A stretch of 59,265 nt of DNA, counting the filler, from Dirinaria sp. TL-2023a (taxonomy: Eukaryota), in the NCBI GenBank assembly GCA_051941275.1. It is 3 parts of 3 records of this genome, joined end to end, with 100 filler letters (N's around TTAATTAATTAA, not from the genome) between each part and the next. Parts side by side here need not be neighbours in the genome. Positions count along the whole stretch, not along the records: positions 39,590 to 59,265 come from JAVEBF010000319.1; 2 more parts are not named here. One strand, given 5' to 3'. Positions 46,501-57,230 of this stretch are shown piece after piece. A program made the position numbers and the translations under genes. The notes beneath the pieces were generated by a model that had not been told where the DNA came from, made no database searches, and worked only from the letters and a program-made list of their open reading frames with translations. Each line of letters opens with the position of its first letter. The stretch's first letter is position 1.

Positions 46501-47306
46501 TCTGTCCGGGTAAGCCCATCAACATTACTTGACAGGTCATCATTTTGACGTTGTAGCTCGGCAATACGAGCGCCCTTCTCTTTTCTAAACTTAACGTGGT
46601 CGCTGGACCGCGTTTTCAGCTCGTTGTCTAACCAATCATTGTTCCTCTTCAGATGCTCTATCTCTTGCTGCAGGCCCTGTTCGTGCAGCTTTGCATTGTT
46701 GGCTTCAGCCTTTGCGGACTGAACAGTCTGTTCCAATGCAGTGACCTCCCGCCTCAGTTCCACTGTCTTTTGGTGTTGGTCCGTGAGCTCTCCGGCAAGG
46801 TTATCGTAGGCAATTGATTTGGATTCAAGCAGTGATACAGTGTCGCGATTTGAGGATTCGAGTGAATCTATTCTTGCTTGCAGGGCACTTGACTTCTCTG
46901 TCGAAGACGATGTAGACGTTCGTAACGATTGTAGCTCGGCCTCAAATGAAGCTCTTGCTTGTTCTGACTAAGTGAGCTAGATGCTATATTTTCTGACCAT
47001 ATGGAGTCTACCTTCGGTTTGTAACCTTTGCCGTAGTTCCTCAGCTTCCTTGAGACGTTTGTCGACCGAGTTCTTCAGGATCCTAGCTTTGGACTCGCCT
47101 CCACGGACTGCATTCTCCAACTCCACTGATAGTTTGAGATTGGCGGACTTTGTTTCATCATACTCACGGGCTTTTACCGAAATATTATGAAGAAGGTTTC
47201 GAACGGTTTCGACGGTGGGAGCGTCCAGTAAGGCATTGATGGACGTTGCAGGTAACGAGCAGAAAGACGAGAGCTGAGAGATGTCTAGCACCTCCGCGGT
47301 CGCCAT
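40597..47306 (-). CDS. MLP1: Nuclear pore basket protein Mlp1/Tpr (about 2200 aa); 3 exons
   Basis: Introns 46964-47011 and 42472-42524 join in frame. Very long coiled coil with Tpr/Mlp motifs NNDWLDNEL, LVTFKNITELEEQN, AQQNYENELVKHAE, IIKYLRREKEI, FRESNVTLR, RWQQRTQDILQKYDRIDP; disordered tail with NLS. Confidence 0.93.
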
Positions 47307-47833
47307 CTAGCCTACGTACCCCTTTGTTACGTGTAATATCGGGGCATCCGTTAGAAAGAGGTGTCTGCATTTACTTGCTCAGGTGCGACCTAAGGACAAG
47401 GGTGACTGGATTGTGATGTGAGCAAATATCTTCATGAAAGGGCTTGGTGTTGCCCGGTGTTATTACACATGTGTTGCATACGCGCTAGAGTATTTTATCC
47501 GACACATGCGAGGTACAGGGTGCCTTCGGCCTCGCATCGAAAGAATTGTACGGTAGGAAATAGTCAATATTGGATTTGATGTCGCGACTTTCCAGCGTTC
47601 GGCCTAACCCTACCTTACTAGCTCCAAAAACCATAGGTTTCGCGCCGTCTCCGAGTTTGTACTAGCGTGCAACTGGCTGTGCTGCTTAGTCATCCCCAAC
47701 CTGCAGTTGCGACTTGCAAATCTACTCTGTGTATCGGCCTATCAGGCATCCAAAGTTCCCCAATACTCTGCACTCTAATCTCTGTTTCACTACCCGGTGC
47801 GGAGAAGAGGGGACTCTGCGGGTCAATTTCATA

Positions 47834-48706
47834 ATGTCAAGTCTTCAGAATCAGATGAGTGCCTTCAAGGCCAGCCTAGCAGCAGCCTCAGGAAAACCCA
47901 ATAAAACAGCTGCACTCGCAAGTGCTCAAACGCAGCCTTCACCATCTCCCGCTTCTTCTCAGGCCTCAGTATCCAATCCGAACAAAAATGATCTCAAGCG
48001 AAAACGCCCGGAGCCTGCAAATGTCGTCTACTCGCAGCCCGCCGATACAGGTACGGGGAGGAATACGATGGTTCAAATCACTTATGCTATTGAGTTCCTC
48101 AAGACTCAAGGTACTCCGCAAACCCTCAAGGATATCGTAGACTATCTGTCCCTGCATAACCACGACGAGAATTATAAGCGAACGATAACTACAATTCTAA
48201 GGAACCACCCTAAAGTTATCTACGATCATGCGAGCAATACGTATAGCTATCGTCCACTTCACGATATCCGTTCAGAGCAGCAGCTGCTCGGCTACCTGCA
48301 GGGCCAAAACACAGCTCAAGGGTTAAACGTCCGCGAATTAAGAGATGGCTGGGCTGGCGCAGAAGATGCCATTAACAAACTCGAAAGCGAAGGGAGAATT
48401 CTGGCAACGCGAAACAAGAAAGACAACCATGCGAAAATGGTGTGGCCCGATGACCCTTCCCTTAAGTTTACCATCGATCCGGAGTTTCAGGACATATGGC
48501 ACAAGATCAAGATACCAGATTCATCGGCGGTGGCTGATGCGTTGGAGAAGGAGGGCTTGACACCCGCCAATAAGACAAGGCATGTCAAGAAAGCACCAAA
48601 TGTGCAGGAGCAGAAAAAGAAGAAAAAGGCACCACGCAAAGGTGGGAAAACCACGAACAAACATATGGAGGGCATTTTGAGGGACTACACCCATCTGAGG
48701 AAGTGA
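47834..48706 (+). CDS. TFA2: Transcription initiation factor TFIIE beta subunit
   Basis: VYSQPADTGTG, QITYAIEFLK, YRPLHDIRS, GLNVRELRDGW, KMVWPDDP, basic C-terminal KTTNKHMEGILRDY. ATG at 47834. Confidence 0.93.
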   Translation: MSSLQNQMSAFKASLAAASGKPNKTAALASAQTQPSPSPASSQASVSNPNKNDLKRKRPEPANVVYSQPADTGTGRNTMVQITYAIEFLKTQGTPQTLKDIVDYLSLHNHDENYKRTITTILRNHPKVIYDHASNTYSYRPLHDIRSEQQLLGYLQGQNTAQGLNVRELRDGWAGAEDAINKLESEGRILATRNKKDNHAKMVWPDDPSLKFTIDPEFQDIWHKIKIPDSSAVADALEKEGLTPANKTRHVKKAPNVQEQKKKKKAPRKGGKTTNKHMEGILRDYTHLRK

Positions 48707-49034
48707 TTTGGAAGCCATGGGGGGACGGTCGGCACAGACGCTAGACCCGTGATTTATTGACCGTACAGTTCTCTGGTTCCCTTGTTTACAGCGCAGGCGT
48801 TTTAGGCTTGGGGGGAGAGGCAAGCAACAACAGTGGCAAAGGTGTTATCCAATGATACCCAAACGAGCGTAAAAGGATACGCGGAACGGAACTTTATACA
48901 ATTTGAGGATTTTGGGATTTGCCTGTAAATCTAATCAATACTATCAATGGCAGAAATGGACGGAGGGCTGTGCACACCGAATCAGTACCGCCAGAGTGAA
49001 GCCTTCCAAATCCAGCATGTTGCTCCTGCGCCTA

Positions 49035-49877
49035 CTATATTCGGTCTCTTCTGATGCCGAAGAAGTAGTTTCCCCATCGCTCACTTCCTTGAGCCATGTT
49101 CCATCCCAAGCCGGGTACGTACATAACACCCACACTTTTCATACCTCCCTCACTGCCCCACCCACTTTGCTTATTGAACCAAGCGCAGAGCTCTTCCTTG
49201 TTCAGATATTGCGCCCAGTCATGCGTTCCTCTAGGTACCAGTCTTAAGACGTCCTCGGCAATCATCTTAGTAATTACCCAACTCGTCCAACTTCTCGCTA
49301 TTGTGCTTAATATGAGCCAGCCGCCTGGCTTCACATAGGGCAGACAGGAGGCCAGAAAAGGTGCTGGAAGGGAGACATGCTCCAGAACCTCGAAGAGAGT
49401 CAAGACATCGAACTGGTCGCTTGAGCTGCGAGGCTTGGCAAGAGATTCGACTGCAATATTTCGATAATCCAAACGACCGGGTTCAAGTAGTAAAGGGTCC
49501 TGATTTGCATGTGCTCTCGCAATTTCAATGACTTCCTTGCTCGGATCAATCGCTAGTACTCCGTCTGTGTCTGGTAGTCGAGCAGCACTCTCAGCAAAAA
49601 TGCCCCCACCACAGCCGACATCTAAATAACGTAGTTTCCTAGCCGGAAACCCATCTGACTGTGAAGCGTGACAGAAAGAGATAAAATCATGACGCAAAGG
49701 GTTCATTAAGTGTAGAAGACGAGATGAGCCGTGTGGTTCCCACCATGAAGAAGCAAGGGCATTAAAATGTGATACTTCAGTAGGATTGACAGAAGATGAA
49801 GACCGCCGCCTGACAGGGGATATTTTGCCAAATGAGCATCGTGACAGTCGCACTGTAGTAGTAGGACGACAAGCCAT
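49035..49877 (-). CDS. COQ3: Ubiquinone biosynthesis O-methyltransferase
   Basis: EVSHFNALASSWW, LHLMNPLR, SAM motif LDVGCGGGIFAES, FEVLEHV, KPGGWLILSTI, VPRGTHDW, GNYF; Arg/Ser-rich presequence-like N-terminus. Confidence 0.95.
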   Translation of the reverse strand: MACRPTTTVRLSRCSFGKISPVRRRSSSSVNPTEVSHFNALASSWWEPHGSSRLLHLMNPLRHDFISFCHASQSDGFPARKLRYLDVGCGGGIFAESAARLPDTDGVLAIDPSKEVIEIARAHANQDPLLLEPGRLDYRNIAVESLAKPRSSSDQFDVLTLFEVLEHVSLPAPFLASCLPYVKPGGWLILSTIARSWTSWVITKMIAEDVLRLVPRGTHDWAQYLNKEELCAWFNKQSGWGSEGGMKSVGVMYVPGLGWNMAQGSERWGNYFFGIRRDRI

Positions 49878-50104
49878 GAAAGGGCAAGAAGCCGGACCGG
49901 ACCGGCTTTGAGGGCTCTGAAACCAGAGACTAGCAGTGCTTACGTGACGCCCATCGTCTTAGAAGAGTACAACCCCTATGCTAATGTCCTCATAGACAAT
50001 AATAATTCTCTAAAGGAATATAAAATCCGTCGTACTTTGGAATACCGTTGAGAATGGCTCGATGAGCTCAACTCCTCGAGCTCGAGTACCCAGAAAATCT
50101 ACCG

Positions 50105-50132
50105 ACACGCGCGCTACACGCGCGACACGCGT
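50105..50132. promoter_or_regulatory. Three tandem ACACGCG (MCB-like) motifs in the COQ3-MSF1 divergent promoter
   Basis: ACACGCGCG-CT-ACACGCGCG-ACACGCGT, including one exact ACGCGT. Confidence 0.4.
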
Positions 50133-50211
50133 TAAAGCTTGGCTCCTCGCTTTACCTCTAAGAGCATCTCCGCTATTTGCATGTAATTGTTGAACTCGCT
50201 ATGGCGGCGTG

Positions 50212-51723
50212 ATGCGCTTGGCGGCTGCCATTTGGCCCTCCAGGGCTACGCAGCATTGCATATGGTCTGCAAGTAGATCTCACGCAAAGAGGCAGCGTAG
50301 AGTTCTTTTTCTACTGCCCCAACACAGGTTTCAGTCAACGGCGACAGAGCAACCCTCAAATCCCGAATTGTCGCCTCACAGAGCCTTGGGATCTCTTGAA
50401 GATCGCTCTTTGGAGGCAAATGGCGCCCAGTATCCAATCGATTCTTGGACTAATGTGCCCTCATCAATTCTAGCCGCCCTTTCCCGCCGGCTTCACCTAC
50501 AGACCTCGCACCCGGTCTCACTTACTCGTCAGTTAATCGAGTCAAAGTTTCCATCGCCAGAATATACACACTATAATAATCTTTCGCCGATCGTTACAGT
50601 AGCACAGAACTTCGACTCTCTAGGCTTTCCCTTAGACCACGCTGGCAGAAACCGTACAGATACGTACTACGTCAACCAAAGCACAGTCCTGCGAACTCAC
50701 ACAAGTGCTCACCAGGCAGACGCTTTCCGCAAAGATGAAAGTGAGGGCTACACAATTAGTGCAGATGTTTATAGGCGCGATGCGATTGACCGAAGCCACT
50801 ACCCGGTCTTCCATCAGATGGAGGGAGCGAGGATGTGGGACCGCCGGAGAGTGCTGGGGAATGATGTAGCCAAGGCAGTGTGGCAGGATGTCGAAAAACT
50901 TCCAGCGGCTAATTTGAAAGTGGAAGACCCCAATCCTACAGTGCACCCTGAGAGGAATCCCTTGCAGGCTGAGCACCACACTCTTGAAGAGGTGGAAGCA
51001 ATTGCTGCACATCTCAAAAGGTCGCTGGAGGGTGTGGTGTTTGAGCTTTTCTCCAAAGCCAAGGAGGCTGCTATTTCCGCCGGAAACACGAAGGTGGATG
51101 CACAAGAACCGCTCAAGGTTCGGTGGATTGAGGCGTATTTCCCATTCACCAGTCCCTCCTGGGAGCTCGAAGTATTCTGGCAAGGTGACTGGCTCGAAAT
51201 ACTCGGCTGTGGCGTCGTGAAGCAAGATCTTCCGATCAATGCCGGTGTGCCGGACAAAATAGGTTGGGCCTTTGGTGTTGGACTCGAGCGCGTCGCTATG
51301 CTTCTTTTCGACATACCAGACATTCGCCTCTTCTGGTCGACCGACATTCGTTTCCTGTCTCAGTTTTCCTCCGACAAACCGATAAGGCGGTTCGCCCCGT
51401 TTTCCAAATATCCTGCCTGTTACAAAGACGTTGCTTTTTGGCTTCGAAGCTCAAGCAGTAGCGCTGGAGGAGGACTGAAAAGTAATGCACAGGACTTTCA
51501 CGAGAACGATATGATGGAAGTCGTCCGAGATGTTGCAGGTGACGCAGTCGAGGACGTAAAGCTAGTGGATGAGTTCTCTCACCCTGCCACAGGACGAAAA
51601 AGCCTTTGCTACAGGATCAACTATCGAAGTCTGGAGCGGACTCTGCGCAATGAAGAAGCTAACAACCTACATGAACAGGTTCGGACTCAACTTGTCCGCC
51701 GATATGGGGTGGAGCTTCGATAA
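50212..51723 (+). CDS. MSF1: Mitochondrial phenylalanyl-tRNA synthetase
   Basis: NFDSLGFP.DH, LRTHTSAHQ, ADVYRRDAIDRSHYPVFHQMEG, YFPFTSPSWELEV, WLEILGCG, GWAFGVGLER, C-terminal FDX-ACB (KSLCYRINYRSLERTL). Confidence 0.97.
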   Translation: MRLAAAIWPSRATQHCIWSASRSHAKRQRRVLFLLPQHRFQSTATEQPSNPELSPHRALGSLEDRSLEANGAQYPIDSWTNVPSSILAALSRRLHLQTSHPVSLTRQLIESKFPSPEYTHYNNLSPIVTVAQNFDSLGFPLDHAGRNRTDTYYVNQSTVLRTHTSAHQADAFRKDESEGYTISADVYRRDAIDRSHYPVFHQMEGARMWDRRRVLGNDVAKAVWQDVEKLPAANLKVEDPNPTVHPERNPLQAEHHTLEEVEAIAAHLKRSLEGVVFELFSKAKEAAISAGNTKVDAQEPLKVRWIEAYFPFTSPSWELEVFWQGDWLEILGCGVVKQDLPINAGVPDKIGWAFGVGLERVAMLLFDIPDIRLFWSTDIRFLSQFSSDKPIRRFAPFSKYPACYKDVAFWLRSSSSSAGGGLKSNAQDFHENDMMEVVRDVAGDAVEDVKLVDEFSHPATGRKSLCYRINYRSLERTLRNEEANNLHEQVRTQLVRRYGVELR

Positions 51724-51961
51724 AGTCTAGTACTTGAATTCTTAGCTTCGATAAGATGTGTATTATAATCGATGTAAATAGTAGAGCACCATGCAACTCT
51801 ATGTTGGGACCAGCAAATGCCTTTCCCTCTTCGATGCTTTAGATATATACGATCATGAGAGGAGCGGGTATATGTACAAAATGACAAAAGCTCCTTCGCC
51901 GTTCAAGGCCGATCACTAACAGAATTGGCTCTTCAGACCGGAATTATTCCCATGAAATAAT

Positions 51962-52752
51962 TTATGAATTTTTCACAACCCCAACCTTTGCGGCTCTGAC
52001 CACTCTCCCATTCAGCAGGAATCCCTTTTGCTGCGTCATGAAGACCGTTCCATCCTCCTTGTCTTCCATCTTCGTCATGAAGGTCGCCTCGTGCAAGTTT
52101 GGATCAAACCGCTCGGCCTGTGGACTTGGATCGAATCTCTCCAGCCCATGTTTCTTGAGGGTTTGCATCAAAATTGTTTCCGTCATTTTAAGTCCGTCGT
52201 ATAGGTTGGCCAGATCCTTATTACTTTCTTCCTTCCCAAGCTTCTCCTTCGGCACAGTATCCAGTGCTCGGTCTAGATTATCGATGGACTCAAGCAGGTC
52301 CTTGGCAAATCGGGATATGGCAAAATCGCGCGCGGAATTCATTTCCCGTTTCGTGCGGTCTTGTAGATTGCGAAAATCGGCGACTGAGCGAAGGTATTTA
52401 TCCTATACCCCAAGAATTAGAGAGTCAGGGCATGAAGGTAGCTGGAGTCGAAAACCCCCGTAAAACACACTTTCAGCTCGATAATTTCTTGGTTCTTATT
52501 TTCGAGTTCTCTCTTCACTGGATCTTCTTCTTGTGTTCCCTCTGCAGCGGGAGTAGCCTCGCGACTTGAGTCTTCGGTTGCGCTTTCGGGTTTCGAGGAG
52601 TAGCATCGTGCGGTCAATCGGCGTGTTGGAGGAATAGAAAGTGGTCGGGGCGAGGAAGTACGCGAAGATAATGTAGAGGAAAATGTATGTTTCAGTGGCT
52701 GCGATCTCGAACAGTTTGATAGTGATTGCCGCAGCAGCGATCGCGAAATCAT
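51962..52752 (-). CDS. MGE1: Mitochondrial GrpE nucleotide exchange factor; 2 exons
   Basis: Presequence MISRSLLRQS; intron 52403-52470; DKYLRSVADFRNLQ, FAKDLLESIDNL, FDPNLHEATF, GFLLNGRVVRAAKVGV. Confidence 0.96.
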
Positions 52753-53103
52753 GGTAGCTGGGATAGTCTGAACGGTTTTTTCTTTTGAAACTAAAGCTTT
52801 CGAACTGTTCGGGCAAAATCGAGCCAATACGTCAAAGGGTCTGATTAGGTCAGAAATGCCAAGCCACAAATTTTAGGTGGACTGTGCTCTCGTCTGCTCT
52901 GATATTTCATCATTACTCGTCCACTGTTACTGATTACCTCGCACCATTGTATAGCGTTAGGTGCAGTCTCATTCTGATTCCCAGCCTTCAAATTCCCGCA
53001 ATGCTTAGATGGTGCTTGGCAATAAGGGGGCTTCATTGCTGAAGACTTTTGAAGAGACGTCCCAAAACAGGGTCAAGTGGCCACTGCTCAGCGGAAGCTC
53101 ACT

Positions 53104-53637
53104 ATGTCTGATCATATCCATGGTGATGAGGGCGGCGAATACGCGGAGCAGATGCTAGGGGATCATTCGCCTGGTCTGCCGGACTTGTCCTTTAAACAGA
53201 AGCGATCCAAGAGGGCGAATTCTCCATCGTCACACCGGAAAACTTGTGACCTCTGTCATAGTCCTAAAGATGTACTTGTTCGGTGTCGCATCGATGGAAC
53301 GCAGAAGTGGCATTTTGTCTGCACTTCGAAATGCTGGAAAAAGGTGTCTGGCGGTGAGATCGACGGCCCTAGCAAACCCGATTACAAATATGGAGGGATG
53401 TGGAAAAATAAGTATGCTGGCGTGAGTGCGAAGAAACCCAAGCAGAAGGTATACTCGACTCCGAGAGCTTGGAGTGGCTCCAGCACCAAGTATACCAAGA
53501 ACGACAAAGTAGAACACGCAGGAAAGATCTGGGTTTGCCGGCGGAGTCATATCAGTAGTGAGTCAACGGAGCCAGGCTTGGGATATGCCTTCTGGAATGA
53601 AGATGCAAATATCAGTAGCGAAACGGCACAAATCTAA
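53104..53637 (+). CDS. Hypothetical protein: Cys-rich (CxxC..CxxxC..YGGxWK) domain plus C-terminal CBM5/12-like module
   Basis: Intact ORF; CDLC..VLVRCRID..WHFVCTSKCWKKVSGG..YKYGGMWKN followed by AWS..TKYTKNDKVEHAGKIWVCRRSH.S..EPG..FW. Confidence 0.7.
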   Translation: MSDHIHGDEGGEYAEQMLGDHSPGLPDLSFKQKRSKRANSPSSHRKTCDLCHSPKDVLVRCRIDGTQKWHFVCTSKCWKKVSGGEIDGPSKPDYKYGGMWKNKYAGVSAKKPKQKVYSTPRAWSGSSTKYTKNDKVEHAGKIWVCRRSHISSESTEPGLGYAFWNEDANISSETAQI

Positions 53638-53958
53638 GCCAATAACGTATAGCCCGGCGGTTCAGGTGACAACATGGCAGATAGCATCCGACACCACAAT
53701 ACTTCTCGTTGATTCGGCACATTTGCTTACTGGAATATTACCTCGGCCATCCAAACAGGAAAAAAGTGGGGTGAGAAAATCCATTCTCAAGCTTCAGCTA
53801 TTGTAAGCAAGAATTTTTTGGTTATCATGGCCAGCTCTAAATTCTGCGAAGGGCAACGTTGCCGACACGCTACTACAGTCCTCCTGCTCTGCCGGTGGCT
53901 GGCAAGGTTTGAATGTTTCCGATCACAACCAAAAATGCTTGCTGCTTCAATGGCAATC

Positions 53959-55993
53959 TCAGTCTTGCTTCTCCGATTCACTGAGAGAATCTATTTCCTT
54001 CTCGATCTCTGCAAGGAGCGCTGCCACTCCCTTATCAGCATAAACCTTGATCGACTGAACATCACGTCGTTCAGTACGTATGTATTCCTCTTCCTCCGGA
54101 CTCACGGGCGGTGTGGGCTCCTCTGTTTTGGCTGATCCTGGCCTTGTGCTGGTTTGCAATGTTACTGCTGCCGCGATGTGCTCCAACAACCTCTGCCGAA
54201 TCAGGACTCTCCGCTCCTCAGCTGCTTCTAGTTTTGCAACCCATTCATCGATCGAGACATCAAGTTCTGCAAGCGCTTCTTCCTGTTTGATAATACTATC
54301 AAGCGAAGATTTCGAAAGGTGTGCTGATTTGAGGTATGTTATCATACGAACATGGAGATTTCTACGTCCTTGGCGAAGTGATTGATGAGTGCTGTGAAGA
54401 TAAGCGCAGCGCTCATCTAGAAGCTTCAGCTCTTTGGACAACCTTGAGACGTCCTTGCTTTGGAGGACTTCGAACTTCTCAACCTGTTTACCAGCCTGCT
54501 TCTTTAGGGCTTTGACTTCTACTGCAGGGACAGTAGCAGTCGCATCGATTGCTCTGAAGCCCGAAGGGAGGTCGTTGTCCCCAGTATGGTATGCCGGGCT
54601 TCTGACCATCGTTTGAAGTAGTCCGTAGATCGAGGCGGCGTCTGCTCCTTTAACCGTCGGGCGTCGCGCTGGTGTGCTCAGGTGTGCTGGCTCAGACTTT
54701 CCTCTTTGATGTAGTGAGGTTTTCTGGCTTGTTTCTAATAGTGGAGTCGCTGCTCTCGTATTCTTCTTGGTCCTTGGCTGGCTCCATTGTCCATCACAGG
54801 ACAAGCAAATTGTGTCTGGGCTTGTTTTCGCTCCGGGTAGATGTGGCGCTACATTAGAGGCATTATACGCAGCTCGAATTTGGGCAGAAGGGCTTTCATT
54901 TCGATTGTCTGGCCGAGGCCTCGTGGCGCCAAGCCAGTCAACGCTTCGTAGCTGCCTTGAAGGGCTCTCGTTGCGAGTGGGTGATAGCCCCTCTGGTATG
55001 ACATGCTCTGGAACCCTTTGATTTGCCGAAGGGCTTCCATTGCGGATAGGAGCACGAACCAGCCATGGTGAGGGAGTGCCACTGGAGCTGTGGAAGCTAT
55101 GACTTGATGTCGCAGATGTAGCGCTGGTACTTGTGGAAAGGGAGCGATTGGCGGCGGTTGAAGGCCTCCGGGAACTTGCTCGTGGAGAAGCTCTGCTCTC
55201 CGTCCTCGGGGATTTGGGAGGAACTTTTGGGGGTATGTCTTCCACCTCACTATTCTGATCTACTCGCCTTGGTGCAGGCTTTCCGCTAGCATCGGCCGTT
55301 GAAGGAATGACCAGTGGCTTCAACGCCTTGGATTCGAGTAATAGTGACCGTCGCTCAACCTCATTCCTTGGCCTTCCGAGTGGCTCTAGGCGAGTCGCAA
55401 TAGTCCCATTATCGGCCTTGGCAAAAAATGCGTCGCGTGGCAGCCGATCTTCTTTAAGGCGAAGGAACGATTTGTCAGGGAAACTGGAAGATCGGTCAAT
55501 TACTGGACGCATCGTCTGGCCGGGCAAATGCCCTGGGATCGTTGCTAAATCTGATCAGCTCGTGTACGAAGTGGCGCCCAACAGCAGCGCGAATATCCTT
55601 ACGTGAGTCTAGACATATCTCTTGCACGGTTGTCATCGGACCGGAGCGCAACCCCTGTATGCTTGCGTTCCTTCGCTTTGACACTGTCGCTTCATTTTTC
55701 GTCGCAACACCTCTAGGACCGTGGAAGACTTTACTGACTCCTTTCGTTGGAGGAATGTTCTCCGATGAGGATACTGTGAGAGTCTCTACGCTGGTAACCG
55801 CGGAACTCCTTTCCACTCGGTAGACACTGGGCTTCAGAGTCGGCGCTGATGAGACGAGCTTACTATCTCCTTGCCCTTCTATGTATTGATCTCTTTTTTG
55901 TGCCTGACTGCTATCGACCTACAACCGATCGTAAGCATGACTGCTAATATGGTTATTAATACTCACTATATGGAAGGCCAGAGGTGCATGCAT
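53959..55993 (-). CDS. Up-regulated during septation (Uds1)-domain coiled-coil protein; probably 3 exons
   Basis: C-terminal FEVLQSKDV..LSKELK.LDERC.YL..DEWVAKLE..RQRLLEHIAA, then SIKVYAD. Introns 55545-55602 and 55919-55966 extend the ORF in frame to ATG 55993 (start less certain). Confidence 0.8.
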
Positions 55994-57182
55994 GATAAGA
56001 TCCGTTTACCACTCCAAAGTTATGATTGCATTGAGCCGGCTTCTGTTTTCTCGCTTTTGAACTTTTCGCTTCCTTCACTACCCGCACAATCACTTCACTG
56101 CCTATGGCATAGCAGCAAAGGACGATGTTAAAGTCCTGAGAGGGATATAGTAAGTCGAACTGGGTTCGAGGACTCTGATGAGATATAAAAGGAATGGTAG
56201 GAATGGGAACTGCAAAGCTAGCACGTAGGGAAGTGGAGGATCATTAAGGATTTACTCTTATGCGGCCAGGGGTATGTTGCGCTATCAGAGCAGAGTGTGT
56301 CGCAGGTGCTGGTAAGACTCTTATCGAGCGTTTTAGGGCAGCTTCTGGCAAGCAGGGGATCGTCATGGGTCTAACGGCAGAAGGAGGCGAGGCGAAACCG
56401 CGTGCATGCAACCTTGCACAATAACGGCTGCAATCTGCATCCACATTCCATCTGCTTAATGATCATTCTTCAATTAAGCGAACGAGTGCAGTACAATACC
56501 AGGTAAGTCTGGGAAAGTCTACCATGGGACAGAAGGGGGCCTAATTTAGCCTGGCCGCCTATCAATATGGCCTATCGTACAGTACCTACCTACGGTACAT
56601 GTAAGTAAAGTAGGTCCCACACCGCACCTCATGGGCTTTGCCATTCGCTGTAGGAATCTATGACCGAAGGTCACTGCGAGCTTGACCTGTTCCTAGCCCA
56701 TCTGCAAATTTTTTGCGGTTTCATCTACACCAGAATCCTTTCGCGGTCAAGGTCACGTACCTGATTCCTGTCCGTAGATCTAAACCGTCCACTCTCGTAG
56801 CGTGCGTATTTGCCAAGTAAGGAGGTAAGGTAGAACGGAGCTTTGGAAGAGGCGAACGACGAACGTTTGAGTCCAAGGGCCAAGGAGCGGACGAGTTTGA
56901 AGATCCTCAGCTAAAGGAGTTCGGTAAAAAGCGCCTCGGTTCTTTCCCCAGCCGGAGCCGCGATCAGGATGGAAGGTCTTCGACTACATGTTAATGCAAA
57001 GGGGCAAAAAGCGATGGCGCAAACACTGCTGTTGGTGAACATGGCATCCTGAATCATAGGTAACTGTGACTGTACATGAGGATCGAAGAGCGAAACACCA
57101 CGAAATGCTACTTGCAGGCCATCGCCCAGTTTCAGGAGCGCGATCGATCACGCACTATCTGTCTACGCCGATTGAACAGGGT

Positions 57183-57230
57183 GAAAAGAAAAAGAAAAAG
57201 AAAAAGAAAAAGAAAAAGAAAAAGAAAAAG
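57183..57230 (+). repeat. (GAAAAA)n hexanucleotide microsatellite, about 8 units
   Basis: Directly visible tandem repeat; it explains the spurious poly-Lys ORF 57066-57269. Confidence 0.95.
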
